Notes: generated from the letters alone by a model not told the origin. A stretch of 64,000 nt of DNA from Oceanispirochaeta sp. (GCA_963666275.2 CAXXOA010000001.1:800001-864000), one strand, 5' to 3'. Positions 8,960 through 19,690 are shown, counted from the first letter of the stretch. Program-made: numbers and translations.

Positions 8960-10462
8960 ATGGAAACATTATCATTTCTGGCCCAGGGCTTCGGCGTAGC
9001 TCTGGCACCTATAAATATCCTCTGGGTAACCATCGGCGGATTTCTGGGAACCATTATCGGAATGCTCCCCGGTCTGGGACCGGCTACCGGTGTGGCGGTT
9101 CTGCTTCCTCTGACATTTACCATGGGGCCCACAGCGGCTCTGATTACCATGGGCGGCGTCTATTACGGTGCCATGTTCGGCGGTTCCAGAGCCTCGATTC
9201 TTCTGAATACTCCCGGTGACGGTGCGGCGGTGGCGGCGACATTTGACGGCTATCCCATGACTCAGTCCGGGCGGGCCGAATCAGCCCTGGCTATCTCGGC
9301 GATTGCCTCATTCATCGGCGGTATATTTGCCACCATATGTATGGTTGCCGTGGCTGTTCCTGTGGCCCGGTTTGCTCTGAAGTTCGGACCGGCCGAATAC
9401 TTCATGCTCTTTCTGTTCGCTCTTTCCGCCACAGCCTCCATGACTGAGGGTAACAGGCTCAGAGGATTTATCGCCACCATCATAGGACTGATGATCGCCA
9501 CCATCGGTATCGATGGTCAGTCGGGGGTTATCCGCTTTACCATGGGGATCCTGGAACTTCAGAGCGGCATCGATTTTCTGATCGTGATCATTGCTGTTTT
9601 CGCTCTGGGAGAAGTTTTTAAAAGTTTTAAAAACATCCATACGGGAAAAGTCAAAGTCCAGGGTAAATTCGGTAAAATCTGGATTTCCCGGCAGGAGTGG
9701 AAACGCTCCGTATGGCCTATCCTGCGCAGTGCTCCCCTGGGATTTTTTGTAGGAGCTCTGCCCGGTGCGGGCGGTACCATGGCTTCTCTGATGTCCTACA
9801 ACAACGAAAAACAGCTTTCCAAACACCCTGAAGAGTTCGGGGAAGGGGCTATCGAAGGACTGGCCGCACCGGAATCTGCCAATAATGCGGCATCTGTCGG
9901 AGCCATGATTCCCATGCTGACCCTGGGAATTCCCGGATCCGGTACTACGGCGGTTATGATGGGAGCTCTTCTCCTTCTGGGACTGCAGCCTGGCCCCATG
10001 CTTTTTCAGCAGCAGCCTCTCATAGTGTGGGGACTCATTGCCAGTATGTTTGTGGGCAACATCATTCTGGCGGTTATGAATATCCCTCTGGCGGGGCTTC
10101 TTGTCAGGATCCTGTCAGTCCCCCCTAAAATCCTGTATCCGATTATTCTGGGTCTCTCTTTTGTGGGTGCCTATGCCATCAGCTACAGTGTTATGGATTT
10201 CTATATTCTGATTATCTTCGGACTGATGGGGTATTTCTTTAACAAGGTGAATATCCCCACGTCGCCGTTGATCCTGGCTGTTATCGTGGGTAATAACATG
10301 GAGCAGTCTTTCCGCCGGGCCTATAAGATTTCCGATGGAGATCTGGGAATATTCCTGGGTTCTCCCATAAGCATCATCCTGTTTATCCTGACGATTGTTT
10401 CGATTGTCTATCCTCTGGTCAGAGGTTGGCTCAAACGATCCAAAGCCGCTGCCCGGGCATAA
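8960..10462 (+). CDS. tctA: Tripartite tricarboxylate transporter large membrane subunit
   Basis: Motifs GMLPGLG, NTPGD, DGYPM, APESANNA and LGIPGS. Confidence 0.95.
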   Translation: METLSFLAQGFGVALAPINILWVTIGGFLGTIIGMLPGLGPATGVAVLLPLTFTMGPTAALITMGGVYYGAMFGGSRASILLNTPGDGAAVAATFDGYPMTQSGRAESALAISAIASFIGGIFATICMVAVAVPVARFALKFGPAEYFMLFLFALSATASMTEGNRLRGFIATIIGLMIATIGIDGQSGVIRFTMGILELQSGIDFLIVIIAVFALGEVFKSFKNIHTGKVKVQGKFGKIWISRQEWKRSVWPILRSAPLGFFVGALPGAGGTMASLMSYNNEKQLSKHPEEFGEGAIEGLAAPESANNAASVGAMIPMLTLGIPGSGTTAVMMGALLLLGLQPGPMLFQQQPLIVWGLIASMFVGNIILAVMNIPLAGLLVRILSVPPKILYPIILGLSFVGAYAISYSVMDFYILIIFGLMGYFFNKVNIPTSPLILAVIVGNNMEQSFRRAYKISDGDLGIFLGSPISIILFILTIVSIVYPLVRGWLKRSKAAARA

Positions 10463-10478
10463 TCTGAGGCTTACCGAT

Positions 10479-10511
10479 GCCGGTTCCCATAGGGGGAACC
10501 GGCTTTTTTTT
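10479..10511 (+). terminator. Rho-independent terminator after tctA
   Basis: GCCGGTTCCC-ATAGG-GGGAACCGGC followed by T8. Confidence 0.88.
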
Positions 10512-10577
10512 CACAAAAAAATCATGGAATCAGAAAAATAACTTGCCGGGTCAAGTATATTTCCATAATATGGAACA

Positions 10578-12185
10578 ATGACAAAATTAACTATGGATAA
10601 AAACTCCAGTATCCAGCTGGAAATCGAGATAAAAACACCTATTCTGCTTCTGGTCCTGAAAGTCATTTTCGGACTAAGTATCCTTATCATGATACAGGAT
10701 TTAATTGCCGGATCCGGGGTGAACACACTCCTTATACATCTTGTATTTCCTCTTATCTGTATCGTCTCTCTTATCTTTCTCAAAAAAGGGTATTATACCC
10801 GGGTCAGTAATGTGTTTTTCTTCATATCCGTTATATCCCTGATGCTACTGCGCTACCGCACGGGGTACGAAGGGCCTCAGACCATACCGCTTTATGCCGT
10901 GATTATAGGGTCCTTTACTGTCTTTTCCGCTGTTTTCGTCACCCCTCTGATGGTACGGATTCTACTGGGCCTGTACGGGCTTTCCTATGCGGGAATCATT
11001 GTTATAGCCATACTGACAGTCAGAAGGGCGGGGCTCGACGAAAATGTTCTGCTTCAGATTATGTATCCCACCATTGCGGTTCTGGCCATTGCTTTCGGTC
11101 TTATCTTTATCAGGCAGGTTTTTGACAGAATTCTGGATCAGGTGAGAGCCTCCCTGGAAGAGGTCAGAAAGGCAGGAGATAAGAACAGGAATCTCATGCT
11201 CGAATCGGCAGCCCAGCTGAATAAAGCGGATGACCTCCTTCAGAACTCTCAGGAAACCGCTTCCGCGGGAACCCAGATAGATAAAAATCTGCATCAGATC
11301 TCTGAAAGCCTTTCCGGTCAGAATCAGAGATTTGCCCATGCGGGAGAACAGCTGGAAAAGGTTCATCAGGGAATTAATCGATTGACCGAACTGTCCAGAA
11401 ATCAGGCCTCCCATATAGAGGAGTCCGGATCTGCCATAGAAGAGATGACCGCATCCATTACAAACATGACCGGTATCATACGGGATAAAATGGTGACTAT
11501 CTCTAATCTGATTGAGAAATCCCGGGAAGGGGATCTGGTGGTCAACAGAGCCAGTGAGGCCTTCGGAAAAGTCAGCGTCAGCCTGGGAACTATCACAGAT
11601 ATGACCTCCATGATCTCCAAGATAGCCGCTCAGACAAATCTGCTGGCCATGAATGCCGCTATAGAAGCGGCTCATGCGGGAGATGCGGGTCGGGGATTTT
11701 CCGTGGTCGCCTCTGAAATCAGAACATTGGCGGAATCCAGTTCCACCAGTGCCAAGGAAATCGGCAATACCACCAAGGACCTTGTTGAATCCATACACGG
11801 CGCGGAAAAGGAGATAGAATCCACCCGCCACTCCTTTCATGATATTCACAGGGAAATTGAGGGGCTCAGCAATGCCATTTCCGAAATCGAGCAGAGTGCC
11901 GTGGAACTCAGCAGCGGCAGTGCGGATATTCTGAATATGACAAGCCAGCTCACAGGCATTACGTCGGATATGAACAGTCATCTGGACGGAGTCCTTTCAA
12001 ATCACAGAACGATAGTCAATGATATGGGCGAAGTTATGGGCCTTTCTGATGAACTGAACCAGGGTATGACCGAGGTGGCTTCGGGCATGACCATGGTGAG
12101 AGATGCCATCCTGAAAATCCATGCCCTTTCCAGTGAATTAAAAGAGCAGGGAAAGGTCATTAAAAAAGCCTTTCAGGATGAATAA
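10578..12185 (+). CDS. Methyl-accepting chemotaxis protein with a multi-TM N-terminal region
   Basis: About 5-6 hydrophobic segments, then the MCP hairpin [38 protein letters not shown]. Confidence 0.9.
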   Translation: MTKLTMDKNSSIQLEIEIKTPILLLVLKVIFGLSILIMIQDLIAGSGVNTLLIHLVFPLICIVSLIFLKKGYYTRVSNVFFFISVISLMLLRYRTGYEGPQTIPLYAVIIGSFTVFSAVFVTPLMVRILLGLYGLSYAGIIVIAILTVRRAGLDENVLLQIMYPTIAVLAIAFGLIFIRQVFDRILDQVRASLEEVRKAGDKNRNLMLESAAQLNKADDLLQNSQETASAGTQIDKNLHQISESLSGQNQRFAHAGEQLEKVHQGINRLTELSRNQASHIEESGSAIEEMTASITNMTGIIRDKMVTISNLIEKSREGDLVVNRASEAFGKVSVSLGTITDMTSMISKIAAQTNLLAMNAAIEAAHAGDAGRGFSVVASEIRTLAESSSTSAKEIGNTTKDLVESIHGAEKEIESTRHSFHDIHREIEGLSNAISEIEQSAVELSSGSADILNMTSQLTGITSDMNSHLDGVLSNHRTIVNDMGEVMGLSDELNQGMTEVASGMTMVRDAILKIHALSSELKEQGKVIKKAFQDE

Positions 12186-12670
12186 TGGCTGAACAGTGCT
12201 TTCACCACAGCTTGGAATCTCCCATAGGAGAACTTATTCTCTGTCAGGAAGAGGGGTTCATCACAAGGCTGATCCTTCCGGGGGAGGATTTCGTACACGG
12301 GGGGACGGAATCATCCACTGGGCTCCTTGAGAACGCGGCCTGTCAGATCCGGGAGTATTTCAGAGGAGAGCGGAAAGAGTTCGATCTACCCCTGAAGCCC
12401 GAAGGTACAGACTTTATGAAGCAGGTCTGGGCGCAGCTTCTTCTTATACCCTATGGAAAGACCGCCTCTTATGGTTCTGTGGCTGCCTCTCTGGGCAGGC
12501 CCGGAGCCTCAAGGGCTGTGGGAATGGCCAATAACCGTAATCCTCTTCCTGTTCTCATTCCCTGTCACAGGGTTATCAGCTCCCGGGGAACTCTTACCGG
12601 CTATAGAGGCGGGCTGAAAATGAAAGAGTTTCTCCTGAATCTGGAAAAGAGTCAAACCGGATCCTGTTAA
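12185..12670 (+). CDS. ogt: Methylated-DNA--protein-cysteine methyltransferase
   Basis: Active-site IPCHRV, plus SPIG, IPYGKTASY and RAVG motifs. Confidence 0.93.
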   Translation: MAEQCFHHSLESPIGELILCQEEGFITRLILPGEDFVHGGTESSTGLLENAACQIREYFRGERKEFDLPLKPEGTDFMKQVWAQLLLIPYGKTASYGSVAASLGRPGASRAVGMANNRNPLPVLIPCHRVISSRGTLTGYRGGLKMKEFLLNLEKSQTGSC

Positions 12671-12734
12671 TTCATATTATTGTTGTTACAGCTATCCTTT
12701 ATCCTTATATTAAATAGTATTAAGGAGTACTTTC

Positions 12735-13544
12735 ATGGATACCAGTTCTATTCTTTTTGCCCTGGGGCTGACTGTTTTCGCCGGACTCTCTACTGGAATC
12801 GGAAGCATCATGTCTTTCTTTTCAAAAGAATTCAATCCGAAATTTCTGGCAGGAACCCTGGGTTTCTCTGCGGGTGTTATGATTTATGTCTCGTTTGTGG
12901 AAATCTTCCTTAAAGCCCGTGATGCACTGGACAGCTTCTACGGTCCCAAACAGGGATATATTGTGACAACCCTGGCCTTTTTCGCTGGGATAGCTCTCAT
13001 AGCCATTATAGATAAGCTCATTCCCAATTATGAGAATCCCCATGAAATCGGAAACATTACATCAGAACAGCCCGGGGAAAAAGATGTGGATCCCCGGCTG
13101 ATGAGGATGGGGGTTTTTTCGGCCCTGGCAATTGGAATCCATAACTTCCCCGAAGGGCTTGCCACTTTTATGGGCGCTCTGACAGATCCCACTCTGGGTG
13201 TCAGCATTGCTGTAGCCATAGCCATTCATAATATACCTGAGGGTATTGCAGTTTCCGCTCCTATTTTCTATGCCACCAAAAGTAAGAAAAAAGCCTTCTG
13301 GCTCTCTTTTCTATCCGGATTATCAGAACCTGTAGGAGCCCTTATCGGATTTTTTATCTTCCGGGCTGTGTTCAATGATGCCACTTTCGGCCTTATTTTT
13401 GCCGCAGTCGCAGGAATTATGGTCTATATCTCTCTGGATGAACTGCTGCCCACAGCGGAAGAGTATGGGGAGCACCATATTGCCATCAGCGGGCTGATCG
13501 CGGGTATGGCTGTCATGGCATTGAGTCTTCTGCTGTTTGCCTGA
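12735..13544 (+). CDS. zupT: ZIP-family zinc/divalent metal transporter
   Basis: HNFPEG and HNIPEG metal motifs, SEPVG, DELLP and about 8 TM segments. Confidence 0.92.
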   Translation: MDTSSILFALGLTVFAGLSTGIGSIMSFFSKEFNPKFLAGTLGFSAGVMIYVSFVEIFLKARDALDSFYGPKQGYIVTTLAFFAGIALIAIIDKLIPNYENPHEIGNITSEQPGEKDVDPRLMRMGVFSALAIGIHNFPEGLATFMGALTDPTLGVSIAVAIAIHNIPEGIAVSAPIFYATKSKKKAFWLSFLSGLSEPVGALIGFFIFRAVFNDATFGLIFAAVAGIMVYISLDELLPTAEEYGEHHIAISGLIAGMAVMALSLLLFA

Positions 13545-13550
13545 TTCTTC

Positions 13551-14408
13551 CTATTCTTGCCGTAATCTGGATGCGAGAATAATCTGCTGCCACTCCTGCT
13601 GATTCTCCGGGGTAAACTTCAGGAGAAACCCGCCCTGGTGACAGAATCTGGTCTCTTTCGGAGCTGACAGGGTGAAATCCAGAAGATCATGTCCCCTGTT
13701 TGTTCTGAAGAGAACCCGGTTTTCCTCGCTTTCATCATCAAAGGAAAGGATCGCATGAATCTCATTCTCATCGACGATTTTCCCGTCAACAGCTCTTATC
13801 GGAGAAGCCAGTTCCCGGGGGGGACGGGTGTGGTAAACCAGAACGTTGATCCCCTGGAGCTGGAAAATTTCCGTGTGATGTTCAGTCTGAAGCCAGAGTT
13901 CCGCTTCTTTTTTAGCCCTTTCGAAGCGGATTCTGTCTTCCAGACCCGCCCGGAAAAGTTCAAGAATTTTCAGAGGTTCCGATTCAAAACTTTTCAGTAG
14001 AAGTTTCTGGCTGAAGGACCAGTAGGACTGGGATTCTCCCACTACGTCATAATCGTCCAGAACGCGGATTCCTCCGGTGTCCACCCGGGAAATCAAGCGG
14101 ATATACTCTGCCAGTTCGCTCTCCTGAAGGTGGGGGAAGAAGGCTTCGAATACAAGAAGGGCGGCAGATCCCAGATCCCTGTCCTGATGGTGATCAAAGA
14201 GCCTCTGATCCGGTGAATACTTCATACCGCAGTCCAGAAACCAGTCAGTATCGGAATACTCTCCCTTTTCGACCATCACGGCTGCATCCCTGGAGGGGAT
14301 CCTTGCAATTTCGATCGGATTCTCATTCAGATGGATAGACAGCAGCGCTGAAGCGAGAAGCTCATCCATATGCGCTTTTCTGTCATGTGTTATTATTCTA
14401 AATCCCAT
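13551..14408 (-). CDS. MYG1-family (DHH-like) metal-dependent hydrolase, putative exonuclease
   Basis: THDRKAHMDE, LDCG, FDHHQ, SAAL, VDTG and C-terminal FCHQGGF match the MYG1 motif order (THxxxFHxDE, DVG, DHHQ, DNG, FxHxxGF). Confidence 0.75.
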   Translation of the reverse strand: MGFRIITHDRKAHMDELLASALLSIHLNENPIEIARIPSRDAAVMVEKGEYSDTDWFLDCGMKYSPDQRLFDHHQDRDLGSAALLVFEAFFPHLQESELAEYIRLISRVDTGGIRVLDDYDVVGESQSYWSFSQKLLLKSFESEPLKILELFRAGLEDRIRFERAKKEAELWLQTEHHTEIFQLQGINVLVYHTRPPRELASPIRAVDGKIVDENEIHAILSFDDESEENRVLFRTNRGHDLLDFTLSAPKETRFCHQGGFLLKFTPENQQEWQQIILASRLRQE

Positions 14409-15859
14409 GATTTCCCCTTTTCTAATTCCTGAAGCAGTGCTTCATGGAGCCTGACCATCCCAAGGGTATCCTGTTTACAGTAATTTAGTAAATCCTCCCT
14501 CAGCCGGGGGAACTTCTCCCGGGGGATCATACCTCTGGCCATTTCGGCAAAAACAGTGAGAGCCGCCGAACCGTTCTGAATCGAAAGATTTTCATAGCTC
14601 ATATGAGGGACAAGGGACGGAAGTGTCTTTTTGATGGAACTTCTCCCTTTAAACCCGGGATGATAGATACCGTGTTTTATAATTTTTTCAAGATCCACCA
14701 GACGGGGAAGGAGCTTCTGGAGCTCCTCCGTTAAATCCGGATAGAGGCCCATCAGATTTTTTATCATGCGCATTTCGAATCCTGAATAAACCAGTATGCT
14801 TCCGTCTCCTTCCAGGTCCTTAATCAGGTTTTCGGCCAGTTCCCTCCGGCAGTCTCTTTCGGGGGCCGCCAGATACTCTTTATGACTGATGATGCAGCCC
14901 GGAGCCGGGCAGATATGTATAGAGTATTGTGTCAGGATCTGCTCATAGGGGCCGGTCCCGGGATAGAGGGGCAGGGCGCTCATGGTTGTTTCAAAGTCCA
15001 GGTAGAAACCCGGCCAGATAATCTTTTCCAGTTCTCTTTTCAGAGTTGAGGAGATTGTTGTTTCCCCTGTTTCCAGACTTATTTTCATAAGGCTCTGCTG
15101 GGCATTCAGCTTCACTGTTGAAGGAATCAGGGTTATCCTGTCTATCCCTTTTGCAAGCAGGGCTTCATAGACCTTTCGCGGCAGAAAAGGAAGGCTGATC
15201 AGATGGGCACTCAGGTCAAAATCAAAACAGTTTTTAAAACCGGGACAGTTCTTGCAATTCCGGGAAAAAGGAATCCGGGGTTTTTCCGGCTGCTCCATAT
15301 CTGAAATCAGGCTCTCCCGGAGCCCTGTAAAACCGGTTGTCAGATCTCTGACGTCTCCTGTAAGATCTTCCTTCATAAACAGTTCTCCAGCTTCCCCTCC
15401 ATAGGAAAAGTCTCTGTTCAGATAGAGAAGTTCCATTTTTGACAAGGGAAGGCCTGAAGATTCTATAACCATGGAAGTATAGGCTGTATCCAGTTTGAAG
15501 CGCGCTTTGATTCTGACCGCCGCTTTCACTTCGATCAGTTCCCAGGTCGTGCCGTTTTTTATGAGAATATCCGCTCTGGTAGAAAAGGGCCCCCACTGGA
15601 AAGCCGGTTCAAAAAGGACTGTCCCGTCAGGGCTGTTCAGAAGCTCGGATGTTTCTTTCAGAGCTTCCTTCATACTCTTCTGAGAAACCAGAATCCCCTG
15701 TGGATAGCATGCTCTGGCAAGAGCTCCGATCTCCTCTCCCTGATGCCGTTTGAATTGATCCGAGGAATCGGATGGTGCAGGGAGTAAGCCTCTGGAATCC
15801 TGCCAGGCAAAAGCCCGGCAGAACAGGGCATCCAGAAAAAGCTGCTTGGTTATATTCAT
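14393..15859 (-). CDS. DUF2779-type protein: N-terminal Cas4-like PD-(D/E)xK nuclease plus C-terminal RNase H/DnaQ-like exonuclease domain
   Basis: N-terminal Cys, E..RADIL..IEVK nuclease motif and CxxCxxxxxC cluster, followed by YLDFET, FE, VDL, SIKK and YCKQDT. Confidence 0.75.
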   Translation of the reverse strand: MNITKQLFLDALFCRAFAWQDSRGLLPAPSDSSDQFKRHQGEEIGALARACYPQGILVSQKSMKEALKETSELLNSPDGTVLFEPAFQWGPFSTRADILIKNGTTWELIEVKAAVRIKARFKLDTAYTSMVIESSGLPLSKMELLYLNRDFSYGGEAGELFMKEDLTGDVRDLTTGFTGLRESLISDMEQPEKPRIPFSRNCKNCPGFKNCFDFDLSAHLISLPFLPRKVYEALLAKGIDRITLIPSTVKLNAQQSLMKISLETGETTISSTLKRELEKIIWPGFYLDFETTMSALPLYPGTGPYEQILTQYSIHICPAPGCIISHKEYLAAPERDCRRELAENLIKDLEGDGSILVYSGFEMRMIKNLMGLYPDLTEELQKLLPRLVDLEKIIKHGIYHPGFKGRSSIKKTLPSLVPHMSYENLSIQNGSAALTVFAEMARGMIPREKFPRLREDLLNYCKQDTLGMVRLHEALLQELEKGKSWDLE

Positions 15860-15914
15860 AGTTAAGCAGTTTATCAGTTCCCTGAAGTTCGATCACCCCG
15901 GAAAAGCCTATTCT

Positions 15915-17912
15915 TTAATAGCTTTCAAAATTCTCCTCATATCCGATAGCAGAGGGGGCCGGAGAGGCTGCCGCAATTTTAGGGGCTGATATTTTCAGCT
16001 CTTTAGCGGGAGTCTCGGGCTTATAGGAAATTTCGTTAATTTTGAAGAAGGATATCTGCTGTTTCAGATTTTCCGCCTGTGAAGAGAGCTCTTCCGCCAT
16101 GGATGCGGCTTCTTCCGAAGAAGAGGCATTCTGCTGAATCACTGTATCAAGCTGCGTAATAGCCTGGGTTATCTGAGCCGCACCTGACTTCTGTTCCCTG
16201 CTGGCCGCACTGATTTCCTGAACCAGATCGGCGGTTTTGCGGATTTTGGGAACAATTTCCATCATCATATTACCCGCTTCCACAGCCTGCCTCACGCTCC
16301 GCTCAGCCAGTTCGGAAATTTCTCCTGCCGCAAGATTGCTGCTTGAGGCCAGTTTTCCCACTTCAGCTGCCACTACAGCAAAGCCTTTTCCATGCTCACC
16401 GGCCCTGGCCGCTTCAATGGCTGCGTTGAGGCTGAGCATGTTGGTTGAACGGGCTATCTCTTCAATAATACTGATTTTTTCAGAAATAGCTTTCATGGCT
16501 TCCACTGTCTCCATAACAGACTGTCCTCCTTTTTCAACAGCCTGGGAGGCTTCTCTGGCAATTGCTTCGGTCGCAGTGGAGTTGTCAGCATTCTGCTCTA
16601 TATTGGCGGACATCTGTTCCATGGACGAAGAAATCTCTTCGGCTGAAGAAGCCTGTTCCGCCGCCCCCTGGGAGAGTATCTGGGAGGTTTCACTTAACTG
16701 ATAACTCCCGTCTGTCACATAGTTTGAACCGTTTTTCACCTGAATGACAACTTCAGTCAGGCTTTCTCTCATATTATTCAGAGACTGAGCCAGTTTCCCT
16801 ATCTCATCTTTCTGGTCAATATCGATGGATGCTGTCAGATCACCCTTAGAGAGGGATTCTGCAAAAACCACTCCTTTCAGAAGGGGGCCTGTGATTCCTC
16901 TGGCAATCCCGAAAGCGATGAGTATGCCCAGGGCAAAGGCTATGATACTTGTGATAATCACACCTTCTCTTGTTTTTATGGCGGCATGGATCATCTGTTG
17001 ATCGGTCATCAGATTGCTTCGGACTTCGCTCCGTATGCTGTTCAGAAGGTCCTGAACCTCAACCAGAGCCGGTTGGGTCTGGGTACTGTATATGGCCGAA
17101 GCCCTGTTCATCCTGGACAGTTCCTCTTCCGCAATGGATTTCATCTCTCTCAGATAGGAAATGGTCTGCTCGAGAATCGGCAGTGTCTGATTGGAAAAGT
17201 AGGTTAATCCGCTCGCCCTGTTCTGACGAAGCCGGTTCTGCAGCTCAATAGCAGAGGCATGAAGGCTCTCATGAACCCCCAGCATCTCATCCCACTCTTT
17301 CCGGAATTCGGGACTGCCGTTTTCATAGACCTTTTTTCCTTCCGGGGAGTTCAGCCACTTTCCCAGGTTGCAGAGCCGGGGATCTGTCTGCACTGTCAGA
17401 CGGCTCTCTCCTCTGAGGAGAGAATCTCTGATTTCAGAAGCCCAGTTCAGGTGTTCTATCTCTCTCATGGCCAGCACCGCCGGGAGTGTGGCGTCGGCCT
17501 GGCGGAATACGTCCTTAATCTCTGCGGCTGAGTTATGAAGTTCCCTGTGGGGTTCCTCTATGGATGTGAGAAGCGGGCCCAGAGAGGGGATGAGCGCAAC
17601 GGCTTCCTCTCTTTCTGTTCCGAAGAGCCAGTGGCCGAAGGCACAGTTATGGTCATCCAGTTCCACATCCAGTACTGTGATATTCTCATCGGTAAGGAGG
17701 GCATTGACCTTTCCCGCCCAGTTCAGATGATCGACCTCCTTCTGGGCCAGAGAACCGTCCAGCTTGTTGCCGTCGATTACCTCTGAAGCATCCGTCACTA
17801 TCTGGGAGATTCCCAGGATGGACCAAAGGGCGATTCCGATCAGCAGCAGTGTTACCAGACCGAAACCGAAAAACAGTTTTAGATTGATACCCAGATTTTT
17901 CCATTTGACCAT
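15915..17912 (-). CDS. Methyl-accepting chemotaxis protein with two tandem CZB (zinc-binding) domains between TM1 and TM2, then HAMP
   Basis: HLNW..CAFGHW..HRELH and HLNW..CNLGKW..HESLH. HAMP motif DEIGKLA and the MCP signalling hairpin follow. Confidence 0.88.
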   Translation of the reverse strand: MVKWKNLGINLKLFFGFGLVTLLLIGIALWSILGISQIVTDASEVIDGNKLDGSLAQKEVDHLNWAGKVNALLTDENITVLDVELDDHNCAFGHWLFGTEREEAVALIPSLGPLLTSIEEPHRELHNSAAEIKDVFRQADATLPAVLAMREIEHLNWASEIRDSLLRGESRLTVQTDPRLCNLGKWLNSPEGKKVYENGSPEFRKEWDEMLGVHESLHASAIELQNRLRQNRASGLTYFSNQTLPILEQTISYLREMKSIAEEELSRMNRASAIYSTQTQPALVEVQDLLNSIRSEVRSNLMTDQQMIHAAIKTREGVIITSIIAFALGILIAFGIARGITGPLLKGVVFAESLSKGDLTASIDIDQKDEIGKLAQSLNNMRESLTEVVIQVKNGSNYVTDGSYQLSETSQILSQGAAEQASSAEEISSSMEQMSANIEQNADNSTATEAIAREASQAVEKGGQSVMETVEAMKAISEKISIIEEIARSTNMLSLNAAIEAARAGEHGKGFAVVAAEVGKLASSSNLAAGEISELAERSVRQAVEAGNMMMEIVPKIRKTADLVQEISAASREQKSGAAQITQAITQLDTVIQQNASSSEEAASMAEELSSQAENLKQQISFFKINEISYKPETPAKELKISAPKIAAASPAPSAIGYEENFESY

Positions 17913-18053
17913 GACATTTTCCTCATTGATTCACTTTTTTATTTATTGAACAGGCAAGATTCTATAAATTTAGAACTAAAAGAGGAGATTTGCAAACAGG
18001 ATGTTACTGTTACATTTTTTATTTTGAAGTCATTGAAAAAAATGAGGATAAAA

Positions 18054-19400
18054 TTATGGATAGACTATGGCTGAAAATGAAGTGTACTGGGCAAAATAGA
18101 AATTATTCATAATCTGCAGGTTGCTCAGGTTGACGGCTCCAGCAGTATTTGTCTGTCTGGATTCAAAATGCAGATGCAGGTCATCAGGTATGGCAGGATC
18201 CAAAGCCACTGATACGTCCGGTATATTTGAACTATTCTGATAAATGCCCAGTTTGTCATCTCTTATAAGGATAGAAATCTGATCTCCCACTGTAAGAAGC
18301 AGAGCCGGGTCAGAAACGTATGTTGTATTCACACCGTTGATATAAGAAGCTATCTCAACATGATCCGCCCATAAATGGACTTCCACCCGGGTTTCAGGTT
18401 TTTCCGCAGATTCCTTAAAATAGAGGCTCAGTAGGGGAACTGAAAGATCCCGATTGGCATAATCGAAGTTAAGATAGAAGTCCACCATTCTGTTCTGCCC
18501 CATAGGATATCGTTCCAGAGATAGGGACGCCGGTGTATTTGAATCCAGAGCATCCAAATATACTATAGGATCACTCAGGTATGTAGTTGAGCCGTTTTGA
18601 TTATGGGGGAAAAAAAGATCGTAAGAGTAAAGATTTGTTACATCGCTGTCAGGATAATTAGTATTAATGCAATAATTGTCGTAATAGAGATATGTTCTTC
18701 CGGATAAACTGATATTCGGTAAATTCGTAGTATTGGGAATATTTATATCCAGATAGGGTGACAGAACTGTTCTACTCAGATCCCAGTCTGTCCATCCGGG
18801 ATACGTGGCATTCCGGGCGGCCAGAAAGACTGTATAATCGCCATTTCTGACAAAATCCAATTGTCCATCAAAAAAATCTGTTGAATAATTGTTCCTGAGC
18901 TCAAAAAAGTAGTTGCTTTTACCGTCTTTGCCTATTAACCAGACCCCGGCTTTATCCACAGTGTAATATTGGGACAATTCATAAGTATAGACATCGGCAT
19001 AGAAAGTGTTTGTATTTCCCGAGAAAGGATCTTCAAACCAGATTTCATCCGTATTTTTTGAAATGAACCTGGTAATAGTCTCTGTGGAATGATTAAAGGC
19101 TATCCCGGTAGTGGCGTCATACTCTTTTTCCAGGGTTATATAACCTTTCCAGTAACCCTCTTCCAGATCCACATCACCAAAGACAGAGGCCGTATCGTTA
19201 TTGAAGTCCAGTGAACCTGTTTCCTCATCTCCCGATTCCAGATTGATAAAAGTGTAGGAGGCGTCGCTCAGGACAAATCCTCCGGAATAGTTCATTATCA
19301 GTCTGACATTGAATTCATCATCTTTATCATTATCATTAAAAGACAGACTGCACGAGAAAAAGGGGAATAGAAGTAATAACAGGTACCATCGGATTTTCAT
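18054..19400 (-). CDS. Hypothetical lipoprotein (beta-rich, AT-rich gene)
   Basis: 448-aa ORF with a spirochaete-type signal and lipobox (MKIRWYLLLLLFPFFSC). No recognised domain. Confidence 0.7.
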   Translation of the reverse strand: MKIRWYLLLLLFPFFSCSLSFNDNDKDDEFNVRLIMNYSGGFVLSDASYTFINLESGDEETGSLDFNNDTASVFGDVDLEEGYWKGYITLEKEYDATTGIAFNHSTETITRFISKNTDEIWFEDPFSGNTNTFYADVYTYELSQYYTVDKAGVWLIGKDGKSNYFFELRNNYSTDFFDGQLDFVRNGDYTVFLAARNATYPGWTDWDLSRTVLSPYLDINIPNTTNLPNISLSGRTYLYYDNYCINTNYPDSDVTNLYSYDLFFPHNQNGSTTYLSDPIVYLDALDSNTPASLSLERYPMGQNRMVDFYLNFDYANRDLSVPLLSLYFKESAEKPETRVEVHLWADHVEIASYINGVNTTYVSDPALLLTVGDQISILIRDDKLGIYQNSSNIPDVSVALDPAIPDDLHLHFESRQTNTAGAVNLSNLQIMNNFYFAQYTSFSAIVYP

Positions 19401-19494
19401 ATTTATATCTCTATTTAATTATATACAATTATAATCCCATGTTATCCAGAAAAGGAGAAGGAAATTCGCCAATCCTTAAAAAAAGAGCGGGAAA

Positions 19495-19538
19495 ATAAAA
19501 AAAAGCACAACAGACCAGATTCGGCTGCTGTGCTTTTC
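19495..19538 (-). terminator. Rho-independent terminator on the minus strand
   Basis: Minus strand reads AAAAGCACAGCAG-loop-CTGTTGTGCTTTT followed by a T-rich tail. Confidence 0.7.
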
Positions 19539-19690
19539 CTGATGTGAGATTCTCTCTCACTACCGTCCCTAAAGAGACGGCTTTCTATTCAAAAATACAA
19601 TTACAATAATCTGTAGGGCGGTTCATTTTCCTTATTCATAATATCTTTCAAAACTCCTTGGTAAATAAGAATTTTGTTCTTTATGAACAT
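19495..19690 (-). ncRNA. Candidate ~195-nt small transcript (sRNA, or leaderless mRNA for a 29-aa peptide)
   Basis: TGGAAA-N17-TATATT promoter-like sequence, ATG 6 nt downstream, a 29-codon ORF (19601-19690), two hairpins and a terminator. Confidence 0.35.

Noticed and set aside
14393..15859. Cas4-like domain as evidence of a CRISPR-Cas system
   Set aside because: No repeat-spacer array and no cas1/cas2 or effector genes were seen anywhere in the window.
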